A model generated the notes under the pieces. The model saw nothing but the letters and a program-made list of their open reading frames with translations. It did not search any database and was not told the DNA's origin. Both the position numbers and the translations under genes were made by a program. 52,691 nt of DNA from Candidatus Daviesbacteria bacterium (GTDB lineage Bacteria > Patescibacteriota > Microgenomatia > Daviesbacterales > UBA10151): assembly GCA_016183305.1 (NCBI GenBank), contig JACPEW010000003.1, forward strand, positions 1-52,691. The letters are read 5' to 3'. Numbering within the stretch: position 1 is the first letter of the stretch; every line of letters begins with the position of its first letter. Shown here piece after piece: positions 17,214 to 27,300 of this stretch.

Positions 17214-17237
17214 ATTATACTACAATAGTTAGTAGTA
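17214..17237 (-). promoter_or_regulatory. blaI-like promoter -10 with adjacent candidate operator
   Basis: TATAAT at 17219-17214; palindrome TACTAC-AATAGTTA-GTAGTA at 17218-17237. Confidence 0.6.
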
Positions 17238-17250
17238 GATAAATAAGCGA

Positions 17251-17650
17251 ATGAAGAAAAAACTACTTTTCATCTGTTTAGGCTTAATTTCTATAGCAGT
17301 AATACTTTATTGGTTAAAGGTCCCACATCTTCTTATTGGCCGGTATCTTGCCCCTTCAGATAATTTATCCCGGGCTGATGCAATAGTAGTTGTTAGTGGG
17401 GATAGTGACCGGATGAGACAAGCGATAGATTTATATAAGCAAGGTTACGCTCCAAAACTAATCCTCCCGGGTGCTGCAGGAGATGGGATAACCTCGAAAT
17501 CATCAAAGGAGAGTATATGAAACTTTTAAAAATGTGTTTAAGGAATCAGGGGTTAAATTACAAAATAGCCCCTCAATTTATTCTGGTTGGAAGCCTGATA
17601 ACTGGTGGGATAGAGAAAGAGAGCTACATCTTACCCAGGAGAAACCATAA
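17251..17650 (+). pseudogene. YdcF/DUF218-family protein with internal out-of-frame deletion
   Basis: ADAIVVVSGDSDRMRQAIDLYKQGYAPKLILPGA in the first frame; HQRRVYETFKNVF...WKPDNWW resumes in a shifted frame from 17501. Confidence 0.75.
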
Positions 17651-18327
17651 AAGTTTTGTGGTCCGGTATCTGCTAACCCCTGGTGCAGACTGATTGGAAT
17701 TGTAATGTATTTTAAATAATTGATTGGTGATACATCTTCAAGATTAGAACTTGAAGGTCCTGGAGTACCCCTTCCACCATAGAAAGCAGCATTATCAGAA
17801 GACCTTCCGCTGGTTGGTACCCAAAGAACCGGAACTTTTACTCTCCAATTTTATTTTGATCAGCTTTAGGTAAACTTTTTAGTGAGGCAATCAAATTTAA
17901 TATATCTATAGCATAATTGGGGTTGTGTCCCCGTGATCCTAGGCCGTCATTTTCCGGTTTCCCAAAACCCCGGTAGTCCGAGGCCAAAGTAAGATAACCG
18001 TTACCTGAAATATAAGTGGACTGGTTAAAATAGCCGTGGTTTAAAAAAATTACCGGAAGGGTAGGAAAAGAGATAGCTGGTGTATGAATTATTACTTGAT
18101 ATGGTTCCTCCTATTTTAATTCCTCCTCCTTTAATTTTTCTTTTACGCAAATTTTCAATGAATGATTCAACACCGTTCTCAGCAGTACTCCTTATGTTTT
18201 GATTTACCTCCGGATTATTTTGTGCCGAAGGTAGCTTTTTGAAAATATTGATTTGCCACAATCCTAGCCCTACTAGAACTAGTATTGTAAAAATTAGTAA
18301 AACTTTAATAGGCCATGTCTGCATCAT
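17650..18327 (-). pseudogene. S9/prolyl-oligopeptidase-like alpha/beta hydrolase, multiply deleted
   Basis: Pieces in three frames: FIENLRK...YLFSYPSG; LNHGYF...GYLTLASDYRGFG...YAIDILNLIASL...KIG; VSPINYLKYITIPISLHQGLAD. The GxSxG nucleophile is missing. Confidence 0.7.
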
Positions 18328-18358
18328 AAGTTATCATCCCAGTGTAATTCCCAAGAGA

Positions 18359-18796
18359 TTATCTTGGAGATCCGCCTGAGTTACCACCTGGATGGCTTCC
18401 TCTAAATCCTTGAGGATTGAGTTGGATGTTTTGAGCAGTGACTGACCCATCAGAGTTATTACTGCCCAATACCATCACTTGTTTTCCAACAGCCAAGGAT
18501 TCCTTTGCAGCTGAGGTTGCCTCTGTAATAGCTGTGTTGTCTGACAATAGAACAATTTTACTTGATCCATCCGAAAGTTTTACAGTAATAATTTTATCAT
18601 CAGAGCCTATGATTTCTCCATTAACTGGCCTGAATCCTTGAGTCCCCTGCGCAAAATTACCCATTCTTGCACCTTGAAAATTAGCAAAACGGCCTGTTGG
18701 GCTTTTTGACTGCTGGTATTTCATGCCTGCAAAAAATCCTCCTGCACCAACTACCAAAGCAACTGCAACAATGATTGCTATTATATTATTCTTCAT
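18359..18796 (-). CDS. exported DUF5666-like protein of the ABC exporter operon
   Basis: GGFFAGMKYQ, GEIIGSDDKIITVKLSDGSSKIV; start at ATG 18796 behind GGGGGTGA. Confidence 0.7.
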   Translation of the reverse strand: MKNNIIAIIVAVALVVGAGGFFAGMKYQQSKSPTGRFANFQGARMGNFAQGTQGFRPVNGEIIGSDDKIITVKLSDGSSKIVLLSDNTAITEATSAAKESLAVGKQVMVLGSNNSDGSVTAQNIQLNPQGFRGSHPGGNSGGSPR

Positions 18797-18816
18797 CAAA
18801 TTCACCCCCTCTCAAA

Positions 18817-20040
18817 TTATTCATATCTTAATGCTTCAATTGGTGCTAAGTTGGAGGCTCTTTGTGCAGGATACCAGCCAAAAAGTATTCCAATTCCGCT
18901 TGATACTCCAATTGCTAAAATAATTGACGAAGGAGATATTACAAAAGGCGAGCTGGTCAAGCCGGAAATAATATATGAAGCTATTACTCCAAAACCTATA
19001 CCTATGATTCCGCCTACAAAAGTTAAAATGACTGACTCAATCAAGAATTGAGTTATGATTAATCTCTTCTTAGCCCCCAGTGCTTTTCTAAGACCTATTT
19101 CTCTGGTTCTCTCTGTAACTGTAACAAGCATTATATTCATAATTCCTATTCCTCCTACCAAAAGTGAAATGGCTGCTATGCCGGATAGAAGGGATGTAAA
19201 GGTGCTGGTAGTGGCAGAAGCGGTGTTTAAAATATCCTGTTGTGAAAATATAGAAAAATCAGCCTGGGAAGGATCGTTTAACTTATGTCTTGCCAAAAGT
19301 AAATAACCCACTTGCGTTTGGGCATCAACCATCACCTCAGGACTTTTTGCTTCAAGGGCAATTGATGAAAGGTAATCTGCTCCAAAGAGCTGCTTTTGAG
19401 CTGTAGATAAAGGAACGAAAATAGTATCATCCTGATTAAAAAAGCCTGATCCTCCTTTTGAGGCAGTTATACCAATAATGGCGAGAGATTGACCATTTAT
19501 TCGAACGGTTTGTCCTATTGGGTTTACACCCTCACCGAAGAGATTAGTAACGACATTTGGTCCTAAAACAGCTACCTTGGCCATACTATTTACTTGTTGC
19601 TCATTAATAAAATTTCCTGAGTCAAGAGAGATTTTCCTGACAATCTCATAGGTTGGAGTTATACCTATTATCTGGGTATTAGTATTTGCTTTGCCTGTTG
19701 TTACCTGGGTTCTTCTGGAAAACTCCGGTGATACGTTTTGGATGGTAGTTACCTGGGAAGATGTCTTAATTGCCTTTGCATCCTCTAAAGTTAAATTTGT
19801 TCCTTCGCCAGCTGCCCCACGGACTCCACGAGTTGAAACTGCTCCTGGTTGGATAGTTAGGAGGTTTGCACCCAATGATTGAATTTGTGACTGGATAGCC
19901 TGAGAAGTAGATTGTCCCAAAGATATCAGAGCAATAACGCTGCCAATTCCTATAACAATACCTAATGTTGCTAGTCCTGTTCTTAATTTATTAACAGTTA
20001 ATGTGCCAATTGCTTCAGTTATTATTTCTGTGTATTCCAT
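18817..20040 (-). CDS. MacB/FtsX-family ABC transporter permease
   Basis: LATLGIVIGIGSV, LLVGGIGIMNIMLVTVTERTREIGLRKALGA, FGWYPAQRAS.L.PIEALRYE. Confidence 0.95.
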   Translation of the reverse strand: MEYTEIITEAIGTLTVNKLRTGLATLGIVIGIGSVIALISLGQSTSQAIQSQIQSLGANLLTIQPGAVSTRGVRGAAGEGTNLTLEDAKAIKTSSQVTTIQNVSPEFSRRTQVTTGKANTNTQIIGITPTYEIVRKISLDSGNFINEQQVNSMAKVAVLGPNVVTNLFGEGVNPIGQTVRINGQSLAIIGITASKGGSGFFNQDDTIFVPLSTAQKQLFGADYLSSIALEAKSPEVMVDAQTQVGYLLLARHKLNDPSQADFSIFSQQDILNTASATTSTFTSLLSGIAAISLLVGGIGIMNIMLVTVTERTREIGLRKALGAKKRLIITQFLIESVILTFVGGIIGIGFGVIASYIISGLTSSPFVISPSSIILAIGVSSGIGILFGWYPAQRASNLAPIEALRYE

Positions 20041-20753
20041 TATTTCCCGGCCTTTCTTTGCTGATGATCGTTACCATCCTTGACAATATGACCATCTTTA
20101 ATATGAATTATTCTTTTGGCATGTTCGGCAATATCTGCTTCATGGGTGATCATCACAATAGTATGCCCTTCCCCGTTTAAATCCTGGAAAATTTCCATAA
20201 TTTCTGATGCCTGGATACTTGCAATATTTCCAGTTGGTTCATCAGCTAAAATTAGGCTTGGACTTAATACCAAAGCCCGGGCAATAGCAACTCTTTGCTG
20301 TTGTCCTCCTGAGAGTTGCGGAGAAGTATGTTCCAACCGGTCACCCAAACCTACCATCTGTAAATATTTTTTAGCTCTCTCTATTCTTTCTTCTTTAGAA
20401 ATACCTGCATAAACCATTGGTAAACAGACATTCTTTAAGGCGGTGGTTCTGGGCAATAAATTAAAGGCCTGAAAAACAAAGCCAATTTTCCTGTTTCTAA
20501 TATCAGCTAAATCATCATCAGATAATTTGCTAACACTTTCTCCATCCAGAATGTACTCACCCTTGGTAGGAGTATCTAAAGCTCCCAGCATATGCATTAA
20601 AGTGGATTTACCGGAACCGGATGGACCCATGATTGCCACAAACTCACCCCTTTTAATTTCAATGGAAACATCATCCAAAGCAACTGTTTCTACAGTGCCG
20701 GTTTTGTAGATTTTGAATAAATGTAATGTTTGAATAATTGGTTTACCATTCAT
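20040..20753 (-). CDS. ABC transporter ATP-binding protein (MacB/LolD-like)
   Basis: GPSGSGKST, FVFQAFNLL, LSGGQQQRVAIARAL, LADEPTGN, ITHE. Confidence 0.96.
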   Translation of the reverse strand: MNGKPIIQTLHLFKIYKTGTVETVALDDVSIEIKRGEFVAIMGPSGSGKSTLMHMLGALDTPTKGEYILDGESVSKLSDDDLADIRNRKIGFVFQAFNLLPRTTALKNVCLPMVYAGISKEERIERAKKYLQMVGLGDRLEHTSPQLSGGQQQRVAIARALVLSPSLILADEPTGNIASIQASEIMEIFQDLNGEGHTIVMITHEADIAEHAKRIIHIKDGHIVKDGNDHQQRKAGK

Positions 20754-20767
20754 TTTAACTTGGCTTG

Positions 20768-22084
20768 TTAATGCTGCATTATGCCTCCGCCACCTCTGAT
20801 GACAGCTCCGCCTCCAGAACCTCTGCTTCCGCCAAAACTTCCAAATGGAGAAGTGGCGCCTGATGTCCCTGGTCTTGTAGTTCCAGAATTTGTACTGCCT
20901 GTTACAACTGCATCTCCTTCATTTATTCCTGAAGCAATTTCTGTCTGGGTGTCATTTGAATCTCCAACTTCAACCGGAATCAAATTTAACTGTCCATCTT
21001 TCAGCACTCTCACGATTGATTGTCCATTGGAAGTTTGGACAGCTGCTGAAGGCACTAAAACAGCAGAGTCTTTTATATTTGTAATAATTGTGGCATTAAC
21101 TGCCATATTAGGATAAATATTATTCAATGCAGTATCGAAAGTGATAGTTGTGGGGTAGGTAGTAACTCCGGAGCTTACGGAGCCACTGGTGTTAATGGTT
21201 GAAACCTTACCGGCAAATGTCTTGCCGGGGAAGGCATCTAAGGTAAGGGTTACTTTTTGTCCAGGAGATACTTCTGTCACATCTATTTCTGTTAAGTTAA
21301 CCACCCCTTGAAGTGAACTATTCTCTGTAACAATAGTCCCGACACTGGAAGAACTCATGGAGCTTTCAGATTCGCCCTGGGATCCTGTAATTGACAAACC
21401 TGGTGTTAAAGTTAAACCAGATACTCTTCCTGCCATGGGAGATGTAATGGTTGATGAGAGTTGAATATAAGAAAGCCAGGATGAGTTTAGTGCAGCTTGG
21501 GCCTGAGTAATAGTATTGCCCTGATTTTTATAATCAGCTTCTGCCTGCAACCATAAAGCATTCTCCTGGATATAAGTGGGATCATCTGTTGCCAAGTCTC
21601 TTGCCACAGCATCATTCATAAAGGTTTGATTGGCTTTAAATGCTGCTGCCTGCAGTGAATTAATTTTAGCCTGGGCACTATCAAGTGAGTTTTTAGCAGA
21701 CAGGTATGCAGACCAGGCTGCAGCTTGTTTTTGCTGTGAACCTATATCAAGGGTAATATCAGCAATCTTTTGCCCCTGAGTAACAATATCTCCATCCTTA
21801 ATATAAACTTGGTTGACTATACCAGTTGCTTGGGTGGTAATGCTGGCACTACTTCCCGGAAGAACAATCCCGGAAGCAGAGATAGAAGTAATTAATGTAC
21901 CCTTTTCTGCCTGAGCGGTCTGGTATTGGATTTGTTGGGCTCCTGTACTAATAATTTTATGTCCGCTGAACCACCCTGCTGCCAATAAAATGATTAGGAA
22001 TAAAAGCTTCTTTTTTAATGAAGCTTTCGAAAAGAGTTCCTTTGACTTAGAAATCTTACCAGAAACACTTGTAATTATACCCAT
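20768..22084 (-). CDS. efflux RND/ABC periplasmic adaptor (MacA-like)
   Basis: Lipoyl-like V..GD.V..GQ, ITSPMAGRV, EIDVTEVSPGQKV, LVPSAAV; Gly-rich tail. Confidence 0.92.
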   Translation of the reverse strand: MGIITSVSGKISKSKELFSKASLKKKLLFLIILLAAGWFSGHKIISTGAQQIQYQTAQAEKGTLITSISASGIVLPGSSASITTQATGIVNQVYIKDGDIVTQGQKIADITLDIGSQQKQAAAWSAYLSAKNSLDSAQAKINSLQAAAFKANQTFMNDAVARDLATDDPTYIQENALWLQAEADYKNQGNTITQAQAALNSSWLSYIQLSSTITSPMAGRVSGLTLTPGLSITGSQGESESSMSSSSVGTIVTENSSLQGVVNLTEIDVTEVSPGQKVTLTLDAFPGKTFAGKVSTINTSGSVSSGVTTYPTTITFDTALNNIYPNMAVNATIITNIKDSAVLVPSAAVQTSNGQSIVRVLKDGQLNLIPVEVGDSNDTQTEIASGINEGDAVVTGSTNSGTTRPGTSGATSPFGSFGGSRGSGGGAVIRGGGGIMQH

Positions 22085-22105
22085 ATTAATAATTTACTAA
22101 ACAAA

Positions 22106-22119
22106 GCTGAGAAATAGCT
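22106..22119 (-). promoter_or_regulatory. candidate response-regulator binding site upstream of the exporter operon
   Basis: GCTGAGAAATAGCT is identical to 23879-23892. Confidence 0.6.
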
Positions 22120-22125
22120 TAAAAA

Positions 22126-23175
22126 TTAAATTATTTCTTTTGAGTGTTTCAAAGGGAGGTGAATAGAAAACGTAGTTCCAATACCTTCTCCGCTTTTCAC
22201 TGCAATTGAGCCGTTATGCTTATCAACTATCTGTTTTGCGATAGATAATCCCAAACCATAACCTTGGACATCTGTTTTAGTCCGTGACTTATCAGCTCTG
22301 TAAAATCTATCAAACAGATGGGGTAAATCCTCCTTAGCAATACCAATTCCTTCATCTTTAATATAAATTAAAACGGAATGGTCTGTTAGCTTAGAACTTA
22401 ATGTGACTGTTGTATTTTTAGGGCTGTACTTAATGGCGTTATCCAGAAAAATAACAAAAGCTTCAGTTAAAATCTGCTTATTAGCTTGTAATTTAAAATC
22501 TTTAACATTATTTTGAATATTAATTTTTTTGTGTTTGGCTAAATTAGCAACTTTTTTGCTAGCCTCATCCACAATCTCCTTCAGTGAAATCTCATCAAAA
22601 ATAATATTCCCATTAGTTTTTTGATATTGAGTTAGCTTAATTAAATTATCTGATAGGGATTGTAAATTATTTACGTCTTCCAAATTGGATTTTAATATCT
22701 TTTTAGTATTTTTATTTAATTTCTTATCCCGTAAATTAACTTCTATTTCTGTTTTTAAAGAGGTTATAGGAGTTCTTAACTCATGCGAAGCATCAGTAAT
22801 AAACCTGTTTTGCTCATCAACCATGTCTTTAATCGGTTTTAGTGTTCTGCCTGCTAAAAAGAAACCCACTAAACCTGAGATACCAAAAATACCCGCATTA
22901 ATAAGGAATAAAATTGTTTTTAATCTGTTTTTAGTTTCAGCTATTAGCTCAGGGTCTATCTGAAAAGAATGGGGTATTCGTTGGCGGAACTGTAGAGGAA
23001 TATTATTAAAATCCGGTAAAGACAATTGGCGTTCCTGTCTAAGTCCGTGTAGTCGTTCCATCCTGCCTAGCTCGCTTGTTAATACCCGATATATTGCCAT
23101 GCTAAAAGAGATACTCACAAGCATAATAATTAAAAGGTACCAGGCCGTTAATTTTAAGCGTGTCCGGGTAAACAT
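22126..23175 (-). CDS. sensor histidine kinase (HisKA + HATPase)
   Basis: FITDASHELRTPI, LDNAIKYS, DEGIGI, FDRFYRAD, GYGLGLSIA. Confidence 0.96.
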   Translation of the reverse strand: MFTRTRLKLTAWYLLIIMLVSISFSMAIYRVLTSELGRMERLHGLRQERQLSLPDFNNIPLQFRQRIPHSFQIDPELIAETKNRLKTILFLINAGIFGISGLVGFFLAGRTLKPIKDMVDEQNRFITDASHELRTPITSLKTEIEVNLRDKKLNKNTKKILKSNLEDVNNLQSLSDNLIKLTQYQKTNGNIIFDEISLKEIVDEASKKVANLAKHKKINIQNNVKDFKLQANKQILTEAFVIFLDNAIKYSPKNTTVTLSSKLTDHSVLIYIKDEGIGIAKEDLPHLFDRFYRADKSRTKTDVQGYGLGLSIAKQIVDKHNGSIAVKSGEGIGTTFSIHLPLKHSKEII

Positions 23176-23856
23176 TTAGTCTGCCTTTCCAATTTTGTAT
23201 CCAAAACCTCGTACTGTATGAATTAGAGCCTTCTTTTTGGGAAAAGATTTGCCGATTTTATTTCTTAAGTATCCAACATATACCTCGACAGTATTTGGAA
23301 GTACACCGGCATCATAATTCCAAATATGGTTTATAATTTGCTCTTTTTTAATAACTTGATTAGGGTGCCTTAAAAGGTATTCTAGAAGGGCATATTCTTT
23401 AGCAGTGAGTTGAATGAGTTTGCCATCGCGTTTCACTTGATAGGAGGTGGTATCAATCTCTAAATCCTCCAAAGTTAATTTTGTCCCAACACTATTTTTA
23501 GGTCTTCTAATCAATGCTCTAATTCTGGCAATAAGTTCTTCAAAGGCAAAGGGCTTAGTTAAATAATCATCAGCCCCTGCATCAAGCCCTGTTACTTTGT
23601 CGCTAATTTGACCCTTTGCTGTGAGTATGATTATAGCTGTGTGAATTTGCTTTTCTCTTAACTTTGAGCAAATTTCTATTCCGCCCATTTTGGGAAGTAA
23701 CAAGTCTAAAATAATTAGGCCATAATCTTCGGAAATAGCTAAATCATACCCCTGTTGGCCATCATATGCCACATCAACAGCATATGACTCCTGCTCCAGA
23801 CCCTTCTTGATGGAATTTGCTATTTTATGCTCATCTTCAACAACCAGAATCCTCAT
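23176..23856 (-). CDS. OmpR-family response regulator
   Basis: MRILVVEDE, LIILDLLLP, GADDYLTKPFAFEEL, LTAKEYALL, IHTVRGFGY. Confidence 0.97.
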   Translation of the reverse strand: MRILVVEDEHKIANSIKKGLEQESYAVDVAYDGQQGYDLAISEDYGLIILDLLLPKMGGIEICSKLREKQIHTAIIILTAKGQISDKVTGLDAGADDYLTKPFAFEELIARIRALIRRPKNSVGTKLTLEDLEIDTTSYQVKRDGKLIQLTAKEYALLEYLLRHPNQVIKKEQIINHIWNYDAGVLPNTVEVYVGYLRNKIGKSFPKKKALIHTVRGFGYKIGKAD

Positions 23857-23878
23857 GATTCAATATTATACCTAATTT

Positions 23879-23892
23879 GCTGAGAAATAGCT
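23879..23892 (-). promoter_or_regulatory. candidate autoregulatory site upstream of the response regulator
   Basis: GCTGAGAAATAGCT; TATAAT -10 at 23870-23865, 8 bp away. Confidence 0.6.
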
Positions 23893-23907
23893 GAAAGAGG
23901 GTCTACC

Positions 23908-24005
23908 GGAGTTTTTCAAACGGGAAGAAAAAAGGCCATTCACTTACCCGTCTATTGAAGAACGAAAAACAAGTCCTAATTATTTAAGCTGGATTATTGG
24001 TGTTG
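23908..24005 (+). repeat. 98-bp direct repeat, left copy
   Basis: Matches 30605-30702 with a single mismatch (ATTGAAG vs ATTGAGG). Confidence 0.92.
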
Positions 24006-24251
24006 ATGGAACTTTTTCTCAAGATAACGAACTGAATAGGTTGAGAGAGAAGAAAGCATTTCATATGTAGATCCCCAGAGAATATATTGCCGAAACAGCG
24101 AAAAGATTACTGCTTCTCTGTCTCTGCCATGATGATAGTTACGGGTTTTTTGACAGGAAGAACATCGGTAGCGTTTCTTACCAGAGACTGTCTTGCCCCA
24201 TGCAATGAGAACATTACTACAGGTTTTACAGAAAAGCCGTCTTTTTGCCAC
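24006..24251 (-). mobile_element. truncated transposase N-terminus (InsA-like zinc ribbon; IS1/IS256-type)
   Basis: CKTC...WGKTVSGKKRYRCSSC plus HTH-like helix; the frame ends on entering the 98-bp repeat; no DDE domain. Confidence 0.65.
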
Positions 24252-24393
24252 GAATATGGTTCAATTCTATATTAGCAAGAAAAGACAAGGAAATCGAAGA
24301 ATTATACCAACATTAAATGCTATTTAGCCAAGTCTGCAAAGCCCGTAAAGCCAGCAGAAAACGTTTTACTGCCAAAAGTTGGGGAATAAGTAA

Positions 24394-27300
24394 CTATTTT
24401 GCTTGGAGAGCTTCTGCAATCCCTGAATAACCAACTTTTTTAGCAAGGCGATCTATATAAAAGAAGTCTTTAACCAAAAGAGTAGTTTTTAGAGGAAACT
24501 TCAAACCCTCTTTTCTTAAAATAACTGCTAAACGCATTAGCCTATCTGTAGGATCTGATACTTGAGAGAGAGTTCCCGATTGCTCTATTACTCTTTGTCT
24601 AATTTCTTTACTTATTGCTGCACCTTGAGATTGGATATAATCAAGACATAATGTAGTTGCGTGAGGCGTGTTATTTAACGCTCCGACTAAATTCCTTAAA
24701 AAAAGTTTGTCTCTAAAACCAAATTCTTGATAATAGTTTCTATCAAGAAATACTACCTCATTACGAGGAGTAACTCTTATATTACCAGGGTGAATATCAG
24801 AGTGAACAAGACCATCTTTTACTTGTTCAATAAAGTTTTTAGCGACTAAAGAGGTTACTTGTCTTAAATCATGTCCTTGTTCCCTTAGTTTATCTAACTC
24901 GGTTAAATTTATACCATCAATAAATTCTTCTAAAGCAAAATATTTATTTTCAGGTTGATGAGAAGTTGGTACCTTAATTTTATATCTTCCACCAGTTGAG
25001 TAACCATTATGTTTTCTCTTAAACTCTCTATCCATTTCTAAAAATTCAGTAAAATCAATGTCTCCTCTTATCCATTCCTTTATATCATCAAGCATAGCGC
25101 CTGTGGGAGCGAAAGCCGAATCTCTTTCTGCTAGTGCAGTAAAAACTTCCGTTAATAGTTTATAAGTGGTATCGGTATGATGTCCTGCATTCGGATTTAA
25201 AATTTTAACTGCTAAATCTTGTCCGTCAGAAATAGTAGTTCTAAAAACGCTCATAAGAGATCCTCCACCTAATCGTTCGTTTAGACCAGCCAACCTTTCC
25301 CTTGCTTCTGGCCATTCTCTAAGTAAAGTCTGATGTGCTGTAATTTTAGATTGTCCACCCATTTTATCGTAAACTTGATTAAATGCTTGCTCTAAGTTCG
25401 GTGGCAATTCAACATATTGTCCTACTAATTGCAGGAATCGGACTCCAGGAGCACCTAGCTTTTGAGCCATTTCAAGCATAAATTCATTAACTGTCATTCT
25501 TTGTCGAGCAGGTAAAACTTCGGAGCCTCTTAATAAACCATCTACTGTGTCCTCATATTCGCGGCGCATTGCATCACTAACTTTAAATTCCTGTTGCTTC
25601 TCGCTGTTACCAGTAATAAATTGGAAAAGTTCATTGACATCATTTTCATCCACCTTTCTAACAGCTTTTGGCCTAATAAAATCTGATAGGTGTGTTGTTT
25701 GACTACTTTGTTTATTTTTATTTCCAACAAGCTCGCCGTTTTCATCTAGGTCGTAATAATCTGGACCCATTTCTTTCTCCCAGTATTCACCTAAATCCTC
25801 ATCTTTATCAAATTCCTCATGCGTTTCTAGCTCTTCGTATCCAAGTGGTGGTTCCTCAGTTCTTATAATGTCCAACCATGGAACCTGATTTGACGGAGGT
25901 ATTAACATTCTTTCCTGAATTATTGGAGAAATAGCAAAATACAAAAGGTCATAACTTGCTTTTCGAGCCACTTCCTGCATCACATCTCTTATAACTTTTA
26001 GGTATTTTTCTTCTGAGGCGTCACTGGCAACAACATAATTATCAAGGAAAAAATTAACAAACTCTAACCTTTGAGTTAAATCTTTATCGGTAAAGATTCC
26101 TTTGTCTCCTGTCAGCAAATCTCTTATTAAAACATATTTTGATTGAGCATCAAGTCGGTATAACCTATGCATTAAATCGTTAAGATGCACATTATCATAA
26201 CCCATACAAGCAACCCATTTTTTATATAAATACCTTTTTAAGTATCCATCATCTTCACCATTGCCTACACAAGCTAAGAGAAGTTCATATTTATTATCTA
26301 AGAAAAATTTTTGCACTAAATCCTCAGTCATAACAAGTTTACCGATACCCTCTAATGAAGAATCTTGAGTTAGCAAAGACAATAATCTTTGGCTTGCCAT
26401 TTCAATTTCCTCATGTGTTCTGGCATTTTGCTCAACAAAATCTGATACAGCTTTAAGTGAAAGCAGGCGTCGTCCATTTAACTCTTTTTCTAAAAATGCG
26501 AATCCTTCCTCGAACGACAACATTTTACTTAGTTCTCCCCAAATAACATTTTGTAGCCTTACAGCCAAACTATGATCTTCTAAATAGGTACTTAGGTAGT
26601 ACAGATCCTTAAGGTCTTGAATATTCCCAAAGTCAAACGTGTATGTTCTAAAAACCTCGCTAAGTAATGCTCTTTTTCTATCTGCAGATTCTGTGGTTAT
26701 ATTACTGTCTTCTAATCTATCAACGCCATAGTGATAGAATGGAAATTCGTTCGTTAGGGTTTCGAGCATTTTGCTAAAGTCAGCGCGTGAACCTGAACTT
26801 AGAGCTTTGTTTAATAAAACATATTTACCATGTTTGAAAAAATCCACCCAGTCTTCGTTCTTTTGTGGCCCAAATAAAGTATCTGTTGGAGAATCCACAC
26901 CAGTTTCTTTTACTAATGCGCTTTCATTTGATGCTAGATTATAAAAGTTTCGAAACCACTCAAGGTTAAATCCTTCATCTTTTAAATATTCACCAAATCT
27001 TTCATGAGGATTTAGCAAATTATTTGATGCATAATCATGAGCAAGCAGTAGCACAACTTTAAAATCAAATAGTCCCTTCTCTAATGGACTTGAAAAGTTA
27101 TTCAGTTGTGGAGTTTCTGAAACTATTTGCTCAACAAGTGAATTCCATTCATTATCACACAAAAGATGGTCGCCCCAAAGCTGCTCATCTGCTTGTATTG
27201 CTTTTCTAAAATTAGCAAGGAGTACTAATAGTTCATGAGGAGATTGAATCTGTTTTTCCTGAAGTATTTGCCTTAATTCTGGTAAATATTTATCCGTATC

